Positions 45,780 to 58,827 of a DNA stretch of 64,000 nucleotides are shown here, in pieces. Position numbers and translations under genes: made by a program. Where the stretch lies: assembly GCA_009103225.1 (NCBI GenBank), contig RHPI01003330.1, positions 132,472-196,471 on the forward strand. Direction: 5' to 3'. The stretch comes from Chlorokybus atmophyticus (taxonomy: Eukaryota; Plantae; Mesostigma and Chlorokybus algae). Under the pieces are notes generated by a model, which was given only the letters and a program-made list of their open reading frames with translations, was not told where the DNA came from and made no database searches. Position 1 is the first letter of the stretch; every line of letters begins with the position of its first letter.

Positions 45780-47300
45780 GCTTGAATCGCTGCAAAATTG
45801 CTTTCAAGCGTGGATGTGACTGTGCATAACATAACATTACTATAAGCATACATTTATGAATACGATGAAAGTAATAGTGACAAATCTCCTTACCGGTACG
45901 CTTACCCGCTCTGCACCCGAATCACAACCATTCTTATCAGTCCAAGCTGCTAATCTCATGTGGTTTGATATTGCTATCGTTTCAATAAATAATAGCAGTA
46001 TCTTATTGTAATATTGTTTTCAACAATATTCAAGTACATCTGTAAATGGGATGTAAACAAACCTAGAAGAAGTCCGTGCAAGTTGATTATCATGCAAACA
46101 AAGTTGTATACCGTTTTCGACATTGGTATTGGCATATTAATGCAAAACTCTGTTTGCTCAGTTGCCGGTCATGCAAGTAACGATACATATTGTAGCTAGT
46201 ATGACGGAGTGCATTTGCATTCAATGCGATATTTTTAATTACTGATAGCATTGGTTATGTGCAACTTTGGTTGCATACATGACCAGCAATGGTCACATGT
46301 GACCAATGGTATAAACAATTGTGTTGTTAAAAAGTTTTGTGTTCAAAACATATCCTCTGCAATTGCACAAGATAAGTATATTTACCATATCAATCATGGC
46401 TACGTATATTATAACATGTGTAATTACACAAGAAGGAATGAACGCATGTAAGTCAATATATCACAATTCAATTGCAAAATAGTTAATTATAATTGAAGCT
46501 ATAAACATGTAGCTTTGTTTGGTTTATATTGCATAACGCATATCAAGTTACATGTTCATACTTATACATGACACTGGTGTTATATACACGGTACCGCATG
46601 TGTCACAGCCCACTCAACCACAAAAGACTTAGTGATTTTATGGTTGATTTGTGGTAATTTTTAATGTACCTTCCCATTACAGCATGCACCATAGATGATA
46701 TACAAAAAATTTCAATGCTAATTAGCTTCACTTGCATAATGTCTCTGAAAAGTCTACCTTCACTTTGCACAACATTGTGTTATGCATGTGTAACACAATG
46801 TATTACACATGTTTATGTGTATTATATTAGTTATTCATATTATTAGATGCTTGACATGTATATCAAACATTGAGGCACCGTTAGTGAAAGTTTTGTTGTT
46901 TCAATTTGTACCCAAGTTGCACGCACCTTATGTTATGACTGTATGCCAATTATATAATACATAAACCAATGTCTCTGTATTGATACGCTATCTTTGCATA
47001 TTGTATGAGTCAGATTGTAAATATGCAGCCTGTGCACGCACTAGCGAACAATATGTACACCTTTTCCCACTATCTCCCACAATCATTGTCTGCTTGCTCT
47101 GCATGCTTTGTTGACAAGTAAAGCTAAAGGGGCTGCACGTAGATGCAGCCCCTTTAACATCACCTGTCATAGTACACTTGTTTGTGCCTTTAATGTAATG
47201 TTATATAAAGCTAAAGGGGCTGCACGTAGTATGCAGCCCCTTTAACTTCACCTGTCATAGTACACTTGTTTGTGCTTTTAATGTAATGTTATGGCTTGTG
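45780..47300. other. AT-rich non-coding island
   Basis: Visibly much lower GC than flanking genes; only short ORFs with no recognisable motifs. Confidence 0.5.
47119..47292. repeat. Tandem duplication, 2 x ~87 bp, each with a 13-bp hairpin
   Basis: TAAAGGGGCTGCA-cgtaga/cgtagta-TGCAGCCCCTTTA in both copies (starts 47119 and 47206). Confidence 0.92.
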
Positions 47301-48293
47301 TGTGTGTGTGTTGCTACTGATGTGACTTGCGGCCCCTCATAATAGCATTTGCTGATTAAAGACTATCATGAATCCGCATGAGTGTGAAAGCTTGCCCAGA
47401 TCAAGCGGTGTAGGCCTATAATTACCAACCAACTCAGTAGCATGTACGGTTAAGAAGATGCTCGTATCCGTGTGGCGATTGCGTACCTTCACCGTTTCAG
47501 CAAGGTGACGCCCACAAGCGAACTGTGCTATCAATAATACTACGGTACAGTGTATGTACGTGGTCAAACTAGGGCATTTTACCTAGGCCTATGTCACAGT
47601 TTTCTGAAACAAAACACATCTGACGAGAGTCACAACGGACCGGGTTACTCTCCCGGCACTGCTGGATGCGCTGCAACGCGCGCACGCGCACGTGATCCCA
47701 GAGATGCCTCCCATTCCGTTCCGGACATACCATAATGGCTGGCGCGCACGTTGTCGCGTAGCGCAAGGTCCATCACTCTGTGCAACGCCCATGATGACTC
47801 ATGGCTCATGACACAATCATTGTACCTTATCGATAAATGTCATCAACGCATGATACCATGGTAGTCTGGTGGGGTGGAGTTTGGATTCATCACAATTTGG
47901 GTTAATCACCCAGGTACACTTGCTTAACAGCTCGTTAGCAACAGTACCGATAGCGTTGCGTGATTCAACACGGGCTCGACAGCGAACGCACGTTGTGTGC
48001 GGAACGTTTTCCGGAGAACAGCCTGAAAAAAGCTTGCCAGAGCTTTAGGCGTAAGTGTGCGTGTTAAAACAACGAGGCGACGGCGGCGGCGGCCAGGCCA
48101 CGCTGGCGCTGACTCAGGCAGCCAGGCCTGCCTACGTCCAACGCTTTCGCCGTCGCCGCATTGTCAGCCAGGCTTAGGCGGACTGAACGGAGAGAGGCGG
48201 AGGAGAGGGTGGAGGATGTTGTGCAGCTGCATGTGTTGGGGATGCCAGTGACGGCGTCCCCATTGCTAGGGTGGCCGGCGGCCGTGCCGCCGC

Positions 48294-50304
48294 AATGGCC
48301 GTCTCAACAATGCCGATGTCGCCGTTGTTAGTGGCGGCATTGCTGTTGGCACTGTACCTTGCCACCGCCACCGCGGACGCAGGTGAGAGGATAAGGTTCT
48401 TGCATTGAGTCCTCTCGATGTATTTATGTGCATGCGTGTTGAACTGACAGGTTATAGAGCATGCACAGACGCTGTGTGTCCTTACCAGGCGGTGACGTCG
48501 GTGTGAGTGTCGGTGTGGGTGCGGACGGCGTCATCCCGGGCAACTGGAACCGCACTGTGAGGTACAGCTGGTGGAGAGGTGCCCGCGACTCGCACAGTAC
48601 AGGAGGCTCATCTACCCGTAGTAGCATCAGCAGGGCTAGTGTTAGTGGTTCTGTTAGTAATATAACTAGCAGAAGCGCTTTGAATACAGTGGCTGTGAAC
48701 TCCAGTCAAGGTGTTGGGAGTGATGGCGCCAACAACAACACAAACGCCAAGTACCCTCCCCCGCCGCCTCTTTTCTGCTATGGTGGCCATGTCCTCCCCA
48801 ACCTCTACCTCATTGGCGCCCAGAAGGCAGGGTCTACCTCCTTCTGGGGCCACCTTGTCAAGTAAGCCATAAACAACACCTCCTACCATGCAGCATTGCA
48901 TTGGGTGATTACATCACTTACATGAGCGCACGCACTCGCATGCTTGCATGCACACATGTCTGCACGCCCGCACACATTGAGACTAAGTAAGAGAGGGTGA
49001 GAGACGCTACCACTCACTTTTGTTGTCTGCGTGTGAAGTCCTGAGGTAGGTGCGGGGGCGTTCTGGGCGTATCCAAAAGAGCAGAAGATGCTGGGTCCTG
49101 TTGCGGCGCGGTTCGGGCCAGGCGTGTTCCTCGAGAAGTACAAGCAGCGCTTCCCACGCTGCCGAGGACAGCAAGAAGGTGTAGCAGTAGGAGAAAGAGG
49201 ACAAGATGGAAAAGTAGAAGGTGGTGAAGATGACGAGGTGATTGGAGAAGGTATCAAGTATGTGTTGGACGGGACGCCCGTGCTTCACTACATCCACCGT
49301 GGGAACACACGTAAGGGGTGTACTGTTGGTTTGGGTATCATCAAGGCTGTTCTAGGGACAATAAATAATGAACAACTGTTGTGTTGGCAGCGTCGCAGAT
49401 ATACCGCCTGTATAAGGACACCGACTACGTGCGCTCCCTCAAGTTTTTTGTGCTGCTGCGGGACCCCGTCACGCGCGTGCTGTCCTGGTTCAACCACATC
49501 GGCAGAAGGTCAGTGTGTACTACAAACACAATGACCTTTGCACGTTTTACGCCAGCTGACACTGTCCCCTTTCTCTCTCTCAAGGTGTCGGGAGCGTGTC
49601 CACAACGGCGTTACGGTATGCACCGGCATCCCGTGCAACCAAACATTTGACGACTTTGCGCTCAACGACCTCCGAGGCCGGCGAGAATGTCTTGAGAATT
49701 CTTGGCCTGACCTTCGCCGAGTAAGTAGCAGTAGTTGTTGCTCGTACGGGCTAGACATTGCATTGCATGGTGTCGTTGAAAGCAGCATTGCGTGGTTGAA
49801 TACACTGCAGTATATAGTGTTTTTGTGTCATCGTATGTGGCAAGTGAAACTGACTGATACATCTTGCCTTACTAGGCGGTTAGGAGGTGTGGAGCTACTA
49901 CTCCATTGCTGGCTTCCTGGTACGCAGCCCAGCTGGGTCACTGGTTCGAGTACTTTCGCCCGTCGCAGTTCCACTTCATGGACTTTGACGAGTTCACACA
50001 ACATCCGGAGGCCGTACTGCGCAAGGCCTTTCAGTTTCTCGGCCTCCCCACGGAGTTCATCCCCCCGAAGGTGCCGGAACAGAGGCTCAATACGAAGGAG
50101 GACCACATGTACTGCCCCAACACGGTGCACGTGTCGGACGTGCGGGAGGGTACGCTGGCCACACTCGGTACATTCTTCCGCCCGTACAACGTGCAGCTCC
50201 GCGCGCTGCTTGCCGCCAGTGGACACGCCGACAGCGTCCCCGAGTTTGCACGGCGCGACTGGGAGTGGTCACTTCAGCATGGGCTGGTTGAGGAGGAAAG
50301 ATGA
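48294..50304 (+). CDS. Sulfotransferase (PAPS-dependent, heparan-sulfate-3-O-sulfotransferase-like fold) with N-terminal signal peptide
   Basis: Signal-like MAVSTMPMSPLLVAALLLALYLATATADA; 5'-PSB motif LPNLYLIGAQKAGSTS; 3'-PB motif FVLLRDPVTRVLSWFNH; WFEYFRPSQFHFMDFDEF..PEAVLRKAFQFLGLP. Confidence 0.85.
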
Positions 50305-51531
50305 CAACAAAGAGGACTAGACTAGACTGAGGTTTCTATACACTATTATACACATATGTACATGGGTGCCTCCAGTGCAACTGAGGTGTCGGCAGTGTCG
50401 TCTCCACCGTGGCTTTTTGTACATAGGTGGGTATTGAAGAATTGCTTAGGCGTTGTAATACCTAGTGTATCACTGGTTTGCTCTTGGTGATCAGTATAGG
50501 GTTAAAGTCGTGGTATGTCATGCATAAACATACGCGCACAGGCAGTAATGCATAGTAATGCAGAGTAGGCACAACAAGCAGAGCCATTTTTCAATACACC
50601 TGGGACCACCCACTCGCTACCCTAAGTGCTGCTACATGCTATGCAACGCAATGGCAATGAGGCAGGCAGCTGGTAGCAATGACTCAACCACCTAGTGCAC
50701 ACAAGTATGTAAGTCTCGGAGTGCATTGAACACTACGCATATGCTCTGGGCATAGGTTGAGCGCTAACATCAACTGCCAAGTATATTGTGCCAGCTGTAG
50801 TGCCATCATGGCAGGAAATGTGCTCGCAACTGCATAACTACCTACAGAGTTGCTAATAGTAAACAGCCCACATCCGCTTACGCGACTTGTTCCCATACAC
50901 ACTAGATACCTGAGTAGTTGTTGCAAATCTGCCTGCACTGTGCGCGCACCCATCATATGTCTCTGCCTACGATTTAGCCATCCAGAGAGTGACTACACCA
51001 ACCAACCACTCAAACGGTGCTCATCACGCACGTGGTGCACAAAGCAGTGTTTGTAAGCGCATGCACATGCACAAGGCACAAAGCAGAAACGCAATGTGTG
51101 TAAGCTCAAGCACATGTAGCCTCTTTGCTGCATGCCTGTGCATGGAGGAGAGCAGTACTCTCTGGGCACACTCTCTGTGCAGGCGGTCCCTGCGCATGCA
51201 CGCTGGAGATGCTATGCAGCAAGGGGCCTAGAAAAAGTTGTGTGCGCGTGCAAAGAACTGTGCATGGTACAAGCAAAGCATCATCGAGGTGTACTGTTTA
51301 TACACCTCGCGCACAGACCATGCTGCTCAATGACATGACAAGAAGGGGGTGGACAAGCAACGGTCATTGCTTGTTGAGCAGTGTCTTGTTAACCCTACTG
51401 TGGCTATCGCATACCTGTGAAGAGTGCCACTGTGTGGCATGCTTCACGTCGTGCTGCTGGACTGCTGTTAATTTCTGGCTGCAAAGAGCAGCCCATACTG
51501 AAAAACGAAATAAACTATAAGCTTCCAACCA

Positions 51532-53656
51532 CTACTTCACCTTGACATACAGTGCGCGGTGCATCCTTCCGCCACCAGACAAGACGTAGTGCTCTCGTTC
51601 AGTGGGGATGCCGAGTGGGTTGATGCGGAGCCACTCAACTCCAATCGCCTTAGTATCCTCGGCATATAAAGGGCCGTCCAGCTCCTTCGCGTTGGTTACG
51701 GAGAACGTGCTGTCCCCGCCGTTGCGATGCACCGCCGCTGGCTCAATCTGCCCCGCTGCATGCGTCTCAAACTGCCGGCACATGTCAAACGCAACCTCTT
51801 CAAGGTCAGACTGCAAAAATATCTGCGCGCACATATGGTTGAGGCAAGCCTGGCCGCTTGTACCATGATATGCAGAACAAAACAGCAAAACGACACTGAC
51901 CTTGCCACCAGGTTCAAGAATGTTCATGACCTCCTTGACAAACTCCGGCTGTACTACCCGCCGTTTCCTGTGTTTCCTCTTGAAGTGAGGATCTGGACAC
52001 TGCCAGTCAGTTGGTCAGTGCAAGGAATGGGCTCATTCGCAGGGCATAGTTCACCAGTAAACTTGACTACCTGCACGGACACCAATTGCACGGGCTTGGG
52101 GTAGTCCTTCAGTAGCGTTGGGAGCGTGACATTGGCATTGGCGGTTAGGAAATGCCTGCCAGCAGATGCACTCTTGAGCATGGCTGCATGACCTTGATAC
52201 CAGGGCAGCAGACAAGCATTGACTACTCGCATGGTCACAGTGAAGCTATGTAGCCCATGCTGTATGCCATATGTACAGAAGTGTCACACATACCACTTAG
52301 GAACTTACACATTGGACATCTTGAGAAGCCGGACCCACTCATTTGAGCGCTCAATCAGCTGCACGATAAACAGCGTTAGCCACATGCACTAGCAGATTAC
52401 CTTATAGAACACGTGAAATGGTATCTACGTACGGGTCCACGGATGTCCAAGCCCAAATAATTCATCTGCTTGTTGCGGCGGGCAGATAACAAGAGGAAAC
52501 GACCGCTTCCTGTAGTAACAAGCAGGTCAGCAAGCTGACAAGAGCAAGGTGCTTGGCTGTCTGCAACCGCCAACTGCCATGTACCTGACCCCACATCAAG
52601 CACAAGTGGCAGGTTTGGGTCTCGATACACCTGCGTCCAATCTGGAGGCTCAATGGGAACCTGCGCGCAATGTGTGTGTGCATACAAGCAGCATAACACA
52701 AAAGTCAGGCAGCTACACGAAGACACACCTGCAATCTTGATATAAAAGGATTCACGTGCTGCCTCACACGTAGCACACCTGTCTGCACACAACATGATCT
52801 AAGCCGGCAAGCAGTCGCGCAGAGCACTGTGCCATGATACTAACAAGACCGGCAGCAACATTTCTCTGTGCCACCTGAAACCGCGTGAGCCCGAGCTCGG
52901 CGAAAGGATCATCCACGACACCGTCTTGCCAGGTGTCCTCCTGTTCAGTATCAGCAGCAACGCTCGCAGCAAGCGAGGCAACGCGAGGTTGAGGTTTCAA
53001 AAGAACCCTGGGTCTGTGACTGCGCCCAGAGTGTTTCAGCCTCAGCCTGCTGTGCACAGAGTGGTTTAGCAGTAGTTGATTTGTGCCTTACACACTGACT
53101 GTAACCATACATGTACACTCTCTTTGAAACGCAAGACTGATTCTAACAGGCGTATCGCGTTCATTCGACAAAAGGTGTCCCTAGCCCTGGATCTTGATGC
53201 TGCTCAGTTCGTCAGATGCAACGTATGATTGACTGTTTTGACCAGTTACTTTTGCAGGAGCAGGGTAAGCCATGCTGGGGCATTCGTGAAGTCGAACGGA
53301 CAGCCGCACTACACCGCATGCAACAGCATGCCGTACACTTGCAAGCTGGTGCCGTTCACCAAGCACGCCAACTCGCAATGCTGACCACATTAGCATCAAA
53401 GATGTTGCTAACTGCTGGCAGTTGCAGCGGCCGCATACTGGCATGATGATCCGCCGCACATCAGATTATGCATGAGCGTTTTATCATGCAGTTTTACTTT
53501 GTGTATTGTATATATGCATGTCAAGCACTCAAGCCAGTACCAGCAGCTGGAAGGCCTGGCGACATCCGCCACGCTGCGCAACGCCACGCTGCCAACTACA
53601 GAAGCGACAACGGTAGCGGTGGGACGGGCCACCATCGCCGCCGCCGCCGCCGCCAT
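51532..53656 (-). CDS. trmB: tRNA (guanine-N7)-methyltransferase TrmB, organelle-targeted
   Basis: Transit-like exon 1 (MAAAAAAMVARP...) splices in phase to RLRLKH; PLVLDVGSGSGRFLL, NYLGLDIR, FLQSDLEEVA, NPLGIPTERE..VLSGGGRMHRALY. Confidence 0.9.
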
Positions 53657-53687
53657 GACGCCCCTGGCACCCACGGCGATTATTTGG

Positions 53688-53696
53688 TTAGGGTTT
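53688..53696. promoter_or_regulatory. Telo-box-like motif (TAGGGTTT) in the divergent trmB promoter; a second at 61681-61688
   Basis: TTAGGGTTT between the trmB ATG (53656) and the small-ORF ATG (53727); TAGGGTTT between the M48 and CysA starts. Confidence 0.4.
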
Positions 53697-53726
53697 GCAA
53701 CATAGCTGCGAGCACAGCTGCAGGCG

Positions 53727-53906
53727 ATGGCGACGGGCGGGGGAGGCGTGGTGGGGTCGTCATCGTCGTCGTTAACGACGTCCGGAGCGACAGGGGTGCC
53801 CCTCAAGCGTGTCTACGCCGTCCTGCTCATTGTCATCAACGCCGTCTTCTGGATCGTCCTGGGCCTGAAAGCGTTGCATTCGAGGCCAGGCAGCTCCAGG
53901 CACTAG
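53727..53906 (+). CDS. 59-aa small ORF with one predicted transmembrane helix
   Basis: MATGGGGVVGSSSSSLTTSGATGVPLKRVYAVLLIVINAVFWIVLGLKALHSRPGSSRH*; GCGATGG start context, GC-rich third positions, 19-residue hydrophobic stretch. One codon below the ORF-track cutoff. Confidence 0.5.
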   Translation: MATGGGGVVGSSSSSLTTSGATGVPLKRVYAVLLIVINAVFWIVLGLKALHSRPGSSRH

Positions 53907-53983
53907 CTGGACTTGCTTGTTGTCGTCGTGGAGGTGGTGCTGCTCGGCTGTAAGCGCATGGGGGGCGGGCGGGAGGTGAGGGC

Positions 53984-56801
53984 ATGACGGAAGGGGTGGT
54001 CCAGGGCAAGGGCAAGGAAAAGGTCGTTGAAGAAGCTGCAGACCCAGCAGATTGTGATGGTGGTGGCGATCATCAAGTTGATAGGTTGTCGGGCGGCGCA
54101 GTTTCCCTGCAACCGTCTTCAGAAGCAGAGGCTGCGCCTTCTTGCGGCATCTGCCTCTGCGAGCTCCTGGAGCGTGGACGCCTGGACAGCTGCGACCACG
54201 TCTTCTGCTTCGACTGCATATACAAATGGTCCAAGGTGATTTTGCTGTGCGTATAATGTTACGCACTCTTGTGGCGGTTGTTGATATGGTCATACGAATT
54301 GAAGTGTCCCATCCGCAGCAAATACACTTGTAGCACTCTGTGTCAACTGTCACGAGTCATGATTACTTCCTCTCCATGAGTATCACATTTAAGATGTTGC
54401 GCTCGGTGAAGCCCATTGTCATTCGACGCATGTGCACAGCGGCAACTCCTGGCCAGCAACATTAATGCAATGAGCAGCAGTCCTAGGCGTATAGAACTCT
54501 GTTTGCACCGCCATGCCCAGTTAAGCCGACATGCACACATGCTGGTCATTTGCTGCAGGTGGAGTCTCGATGCCCAATGTGCAAGCGTCGGTTCACGCGC
54601 ATCAAGAAGGAGGAGGTGGGATCAGAGGATACACGGAAAGGCACTTTGACCGTGCAGCGCAGTTTCCGGATCCCATCCCGCAATCAGGTGAGGATTGCTG
54701 GAGTGGATAGTTATCATCCATTGTGTCGTTGACAACTTGAGGTTGTGTTTCAGACCTACCAAGTGCCGGAAGAAGAGCTGCAGGCCTTTCAGGACCCTTA
54801 TGCGACAACAGTCTGTTTGGCGTGCGGAGCTGGCACTGATGATGCCCTGATGCTGTTGTGCGATGGCTGCGATGGTGCGTACCATACATACTGTGTCGGC
54901 TTTGGGCAGCAGGTGCCCCTTGGAGCGTTTTACTGCGCAAATTGCCAGGCAGCAGCTACCACCCCTATGCAGTTGGAGGAGTTTTGCACCGATGGTACGC
55001 AACACTCTCCTTACCCAAGCCCTACCCCTCCCAACACACCACACACTGCGCATATCCTGTACACAAGCTCAACAAATGCGTGCAACCTTTGCCCCTCAGG
55101 CCCGTGATGTGGGCTAAGTGTCACGTGGTGTGACATGCACCTTGCCCAGGCCGCTGTTCGCAATCTGATGGTGTCTTCACTATCTGGTAGATGATGAAGA
55201 CCTTCGCGACATTGACTACGATGCCAGTGAAGATGGCATTGTGCCCAGCACCAGTGCAACTCGACCAGCCCGGCCTGCAAGAGTGTTGCGCTCCCAACGT
55301 GCGAGGTGAATCATGTCTTTTTCCACTGGTCGCTGGTCTATCTGCTACCTTGCTTGCAACTTTGAGAAGCCTTTCTACAATGCTCTCTCAAAGAAGATTA
55401 TTCTCCGGCTGACATTCCTGTCTTACCAGCACGGCACGCACAGTCGGCACAACGCGTTCCCGAGGTAGTGGGAGGCGTAGAGGGGTGAGCAGAGCCAGCA
55501 GGCTCCGAGTGTTTGTGGGAGCCATCAGGAGGCAGCGTCGGGGCACGAGCAGAAGAATGCAGGAGCTTCTTGAAGAGCCTGTGTTGCAGCAGGCTGTTGC
55601 TGCCCCTCGCTTGCGCGAAACCGCCGCGCACAGTCTTGTTGACCGAATGCGAGAGCAGTGGCAGAGCATTCGCCAAGGTCAGCTGCAGTTCAGTGATGTC
55701 ACGCCGCGCACCACCTCAAGCGTAACAACCAGAAGGCCAGCGGCAGTAAGGCCAACAGATGCGTCGGCTCAGTCAGCAAACCCACGCATGAGCAGTGATG
55801 AGGCGCGTGCATGGGCAATAGCCGATCAGCTACGGGCTAGAGCTGCTGCTTCGCAAAGGGATGCTTCACCACAGCCCACGACAAGCCGGACTTCTGCTGA
55901 CATACAACCCGCGAGCACATTAGGTAGAAGACGAAGCTTATCATCCCTCGGGCCCTCAAGTCAGATGCAGAGGGAAGGCAACCTGCGCACTGCATCATAC
56001 AGACAACAGGAGGACCTTGATGCCGGACACCCATCCACTTCGCATAGGGACTACCAGTTTCACACAGAAAACCTGTACAGAGGCGCTCGCAGGTCACCAC
56101 GCGGGCGTCACACATACAGCCGGCCTGAGGTTATTATGCAACCACCACCTCACAGCAGAGCTCAAGTCTCCCCGAATCGCTCTAGACAACAGCCAGATAT
56201 GAGACTCCAAGCAGGCACCTGTTGGCAGGGTTGCGATGGCCTGTGTACCCACACAGTGCAGAACTCTCAAGCTTTGGGCAATGTGCACGCACGTGGTGTA
56301 GCGAACACAGCAATTGCGGCAGGGGTTCAACCACCCATCCAACAAGCTGCGCGTGCATTGGAGGAGGCGGCTCGGGTGCTTGTATCCGAAGCTGCGGCAG
56401 GGGGCAGTCTGCCTGCTGTCAGCACTGCTGAGCGTGCAGCGCTGAAGGAGCTGATTGCAAAGCTTGTAAAACAGGCCATGCTTCCTCTGTACCAGTCAAA
56501 ACGCATGGGTAAGTGTTTTCCCAGTGGCCAACACGTGAGTCGTGGTGAAACCCACACACGGTTTAATGAACACGCATTCTGGGTTACTAAATATTTTTCT
56601 AAATATTTTTCTAAATAAATATTTTGCATGCTCACTGGGATGTTGTCCATTGCAGACCGAGATGCTTTCAAACAAACGGCCAAGGATGCCACCCACTCGG
56701 TGCTGCACAAGGCATTGCACATTGCAGAGCGTACAGATGCTGTGCTCGAAACTCTGGTGAGGCAAGCACTGGCACCAACCCTAGCCCAGTTCGAGCTGTA
56801 A
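53984..56801 (+). CDS. RING + PHD finger protein with C-terminal SRI-like helix (PHRF1-like)
   Basis: RING CGICLCELLERGRLDSCDHVFCFDCIYKWSKVESRCPMCKRRF; PHD CLACGAGTDDALMLLCDGCDGAYHTYCVG...FYCANC; C-terminal KLVKQAMLPLYQSKRMDRDAFKQTAKDATH. Confidence 0.85.
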
Positions 56802-57598
56802 TATGTTAGGTGAGTAGGACCTACACCATTACTGGTGCACTATTTGTATTATCAGGTTTCAGTATAGATGGGTGAACCAAAGTGAGGGTTAGTGTAAAGT
56901 TATTGGTGCAAGTCTTAAGATAATTCTCAGATCATCAAATTCCCACATCAGATTGAGAATATAGGATAATGGTTGCCATACCATGTTCCATACGCACATG
57001 CGTCACATCAGTGTTGTTGCATATGCACACCGCAAGTATGCCTCTACAATTGAGCAATCATGTTGGTTTCAAGGAGAGTCAGCTTAAATGCGACTCTGCA
57101 ATGATGGCGGTGTCAATTGTGGCAGTCGTCATGTCGTGTGCCCATTGCTCAAGTGGTTGCAGTAGACCTGAGCCTCATGTGACAGATGCACCAGCATGTA
57201 CATTTTCGACACGAGAGTGCTGCTTACCCTCATGGTCGATAAGCCAGGTTCTGCCACCATGCGTGCATTCATCAGAGCATGCACATTGTGGCAGCTTGAA
57301 TAACACACCAAAAGACTCAGGAGAATTGCTATCTAATATAATATATATATATAAATGCGAATTGCAAGCACAAACAATGTAAAGCATAGAAGTGCTATTT
57401 CATGCTGAACAACTACACAAGCAGTCGCACGCATCGACACACCAACACACCAGCTTAACAACGACACAAAGCAAGCAAAATAACGGGCGCCCTGAGCAGC
57501 GCTAGAACAACGCAACAACCAACACAACTGCTAAGCAACTGCACGGTGGATAGGACGGAGCAGAACACGGTGGGCAGGACGGGGCAAAAGGCAGGGGG

Positions 57599-58251
57599 TC
57601 ACCACCTGTGCAGCAGAGGCGTGGTGGTCAGGCCGGTCTTCACTGGCACAGACGTTGACGACGACACAGCAGACGACGACCGACTGGGCCCCGCCGCCAC
57701 ACACGCTGCTCCGACCCCTATCCTGTTCACAACGATTGCAGGCGGTGTTAGTCACGAGTCATGCCAGGGCACATGCCAGCAACAGCACACCAGGACACCA
57801 GCACAATAGCAGCACAGCAGCACCGCATTGCCATCACCGACTCAGTCAGTAGGACAGCATGCACAGCACCGACAGTGACTTGCATGCGGGCAGGTAACCT
57901 GCTCCCCGCATGTACTCACCTCTTCTGCTTACCTGGACTCACCTGGCAGTTGCTGTGATGAGGTCCATCCTCCGCTTGATGAGGGAGGCGATAGAAGTAT
58001 TTGAAGGTCATCCCGTACACCAGCCCTTGCTGTCTAGTAGCCCACCTGCACAACACCAACAGCAAGACTGACAGGTTATAGCCTTCTGCACACATCCCTC
58101 TCACCAACGTGCGCAGGTCTTGCAAGCAATAAGCTCTACATGTAGACAATCTCACCAAAGGAATGCATCGTGAAATGACTGCACCATTTTTTGCCGATTT
58201 TGCAATGTTACTGGCAGGGTGTGGCACTCGCCCTCTTGGGATTCCCACGAA
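57599..58251 (-). CDS. Three in-phase exons of unknown function, possibly a C-terminal extension of the M48 protease
   Basis: Exons 58251-58156, 58045-57920 and 57722-57599 have AG/GT borders and compatible phases, giving SWESQEGECHTLP...AFLWWATRQQGLVYGMTFKYFYRLPH...LLHRW*. Confidence 0.45.
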
Positions 58252-58827
58252 CTGTGGTAGTGTGAGAAATGCGTTGATTATCTGTATTTACTGTTTGCGT
58301 TTCAACATATTTGCACAGCAGACATTTTACGCTGTTGCTACAGCATCTCACTGGACAGTGTTTACACACACAGTGCATGCCAAACAGCAAGCACCTTCAG
58401 CACAAGACGCACCTTCACGTGCTACCAGTGCAGTCCCACGACCACACCAACAAATGACTCATATCATTGCTTGCAGATGCTTGGTTACAAACAGTTTGAC
58501 TCTGACCGGCCGTATTAAGAACACCACAATACCTGCATCTGGTGCGCGTGCAGCATGCAGTGCATGTTAGGAGAGGTATGCCGTTGGAAACATGATGATT
58601 GGCAAGTCACAAACCGCAACTCAGCAACTTCAAGCAATAATGACCACAAAAAGGGTGTTTTCCTAGCACGTCGCACACGAGTTGGGTCCAACCCTGACGT
58701 TGGAACTCCAAGCTATGCACCATTTCACACAAAATCGTCACCCTACTCTATGCGCTATGCGCTAACTGTACACCACATATCAAACACAGCAAAATACAAC
58801 CTGGTATTAACTGAGCTTGCATGTACA

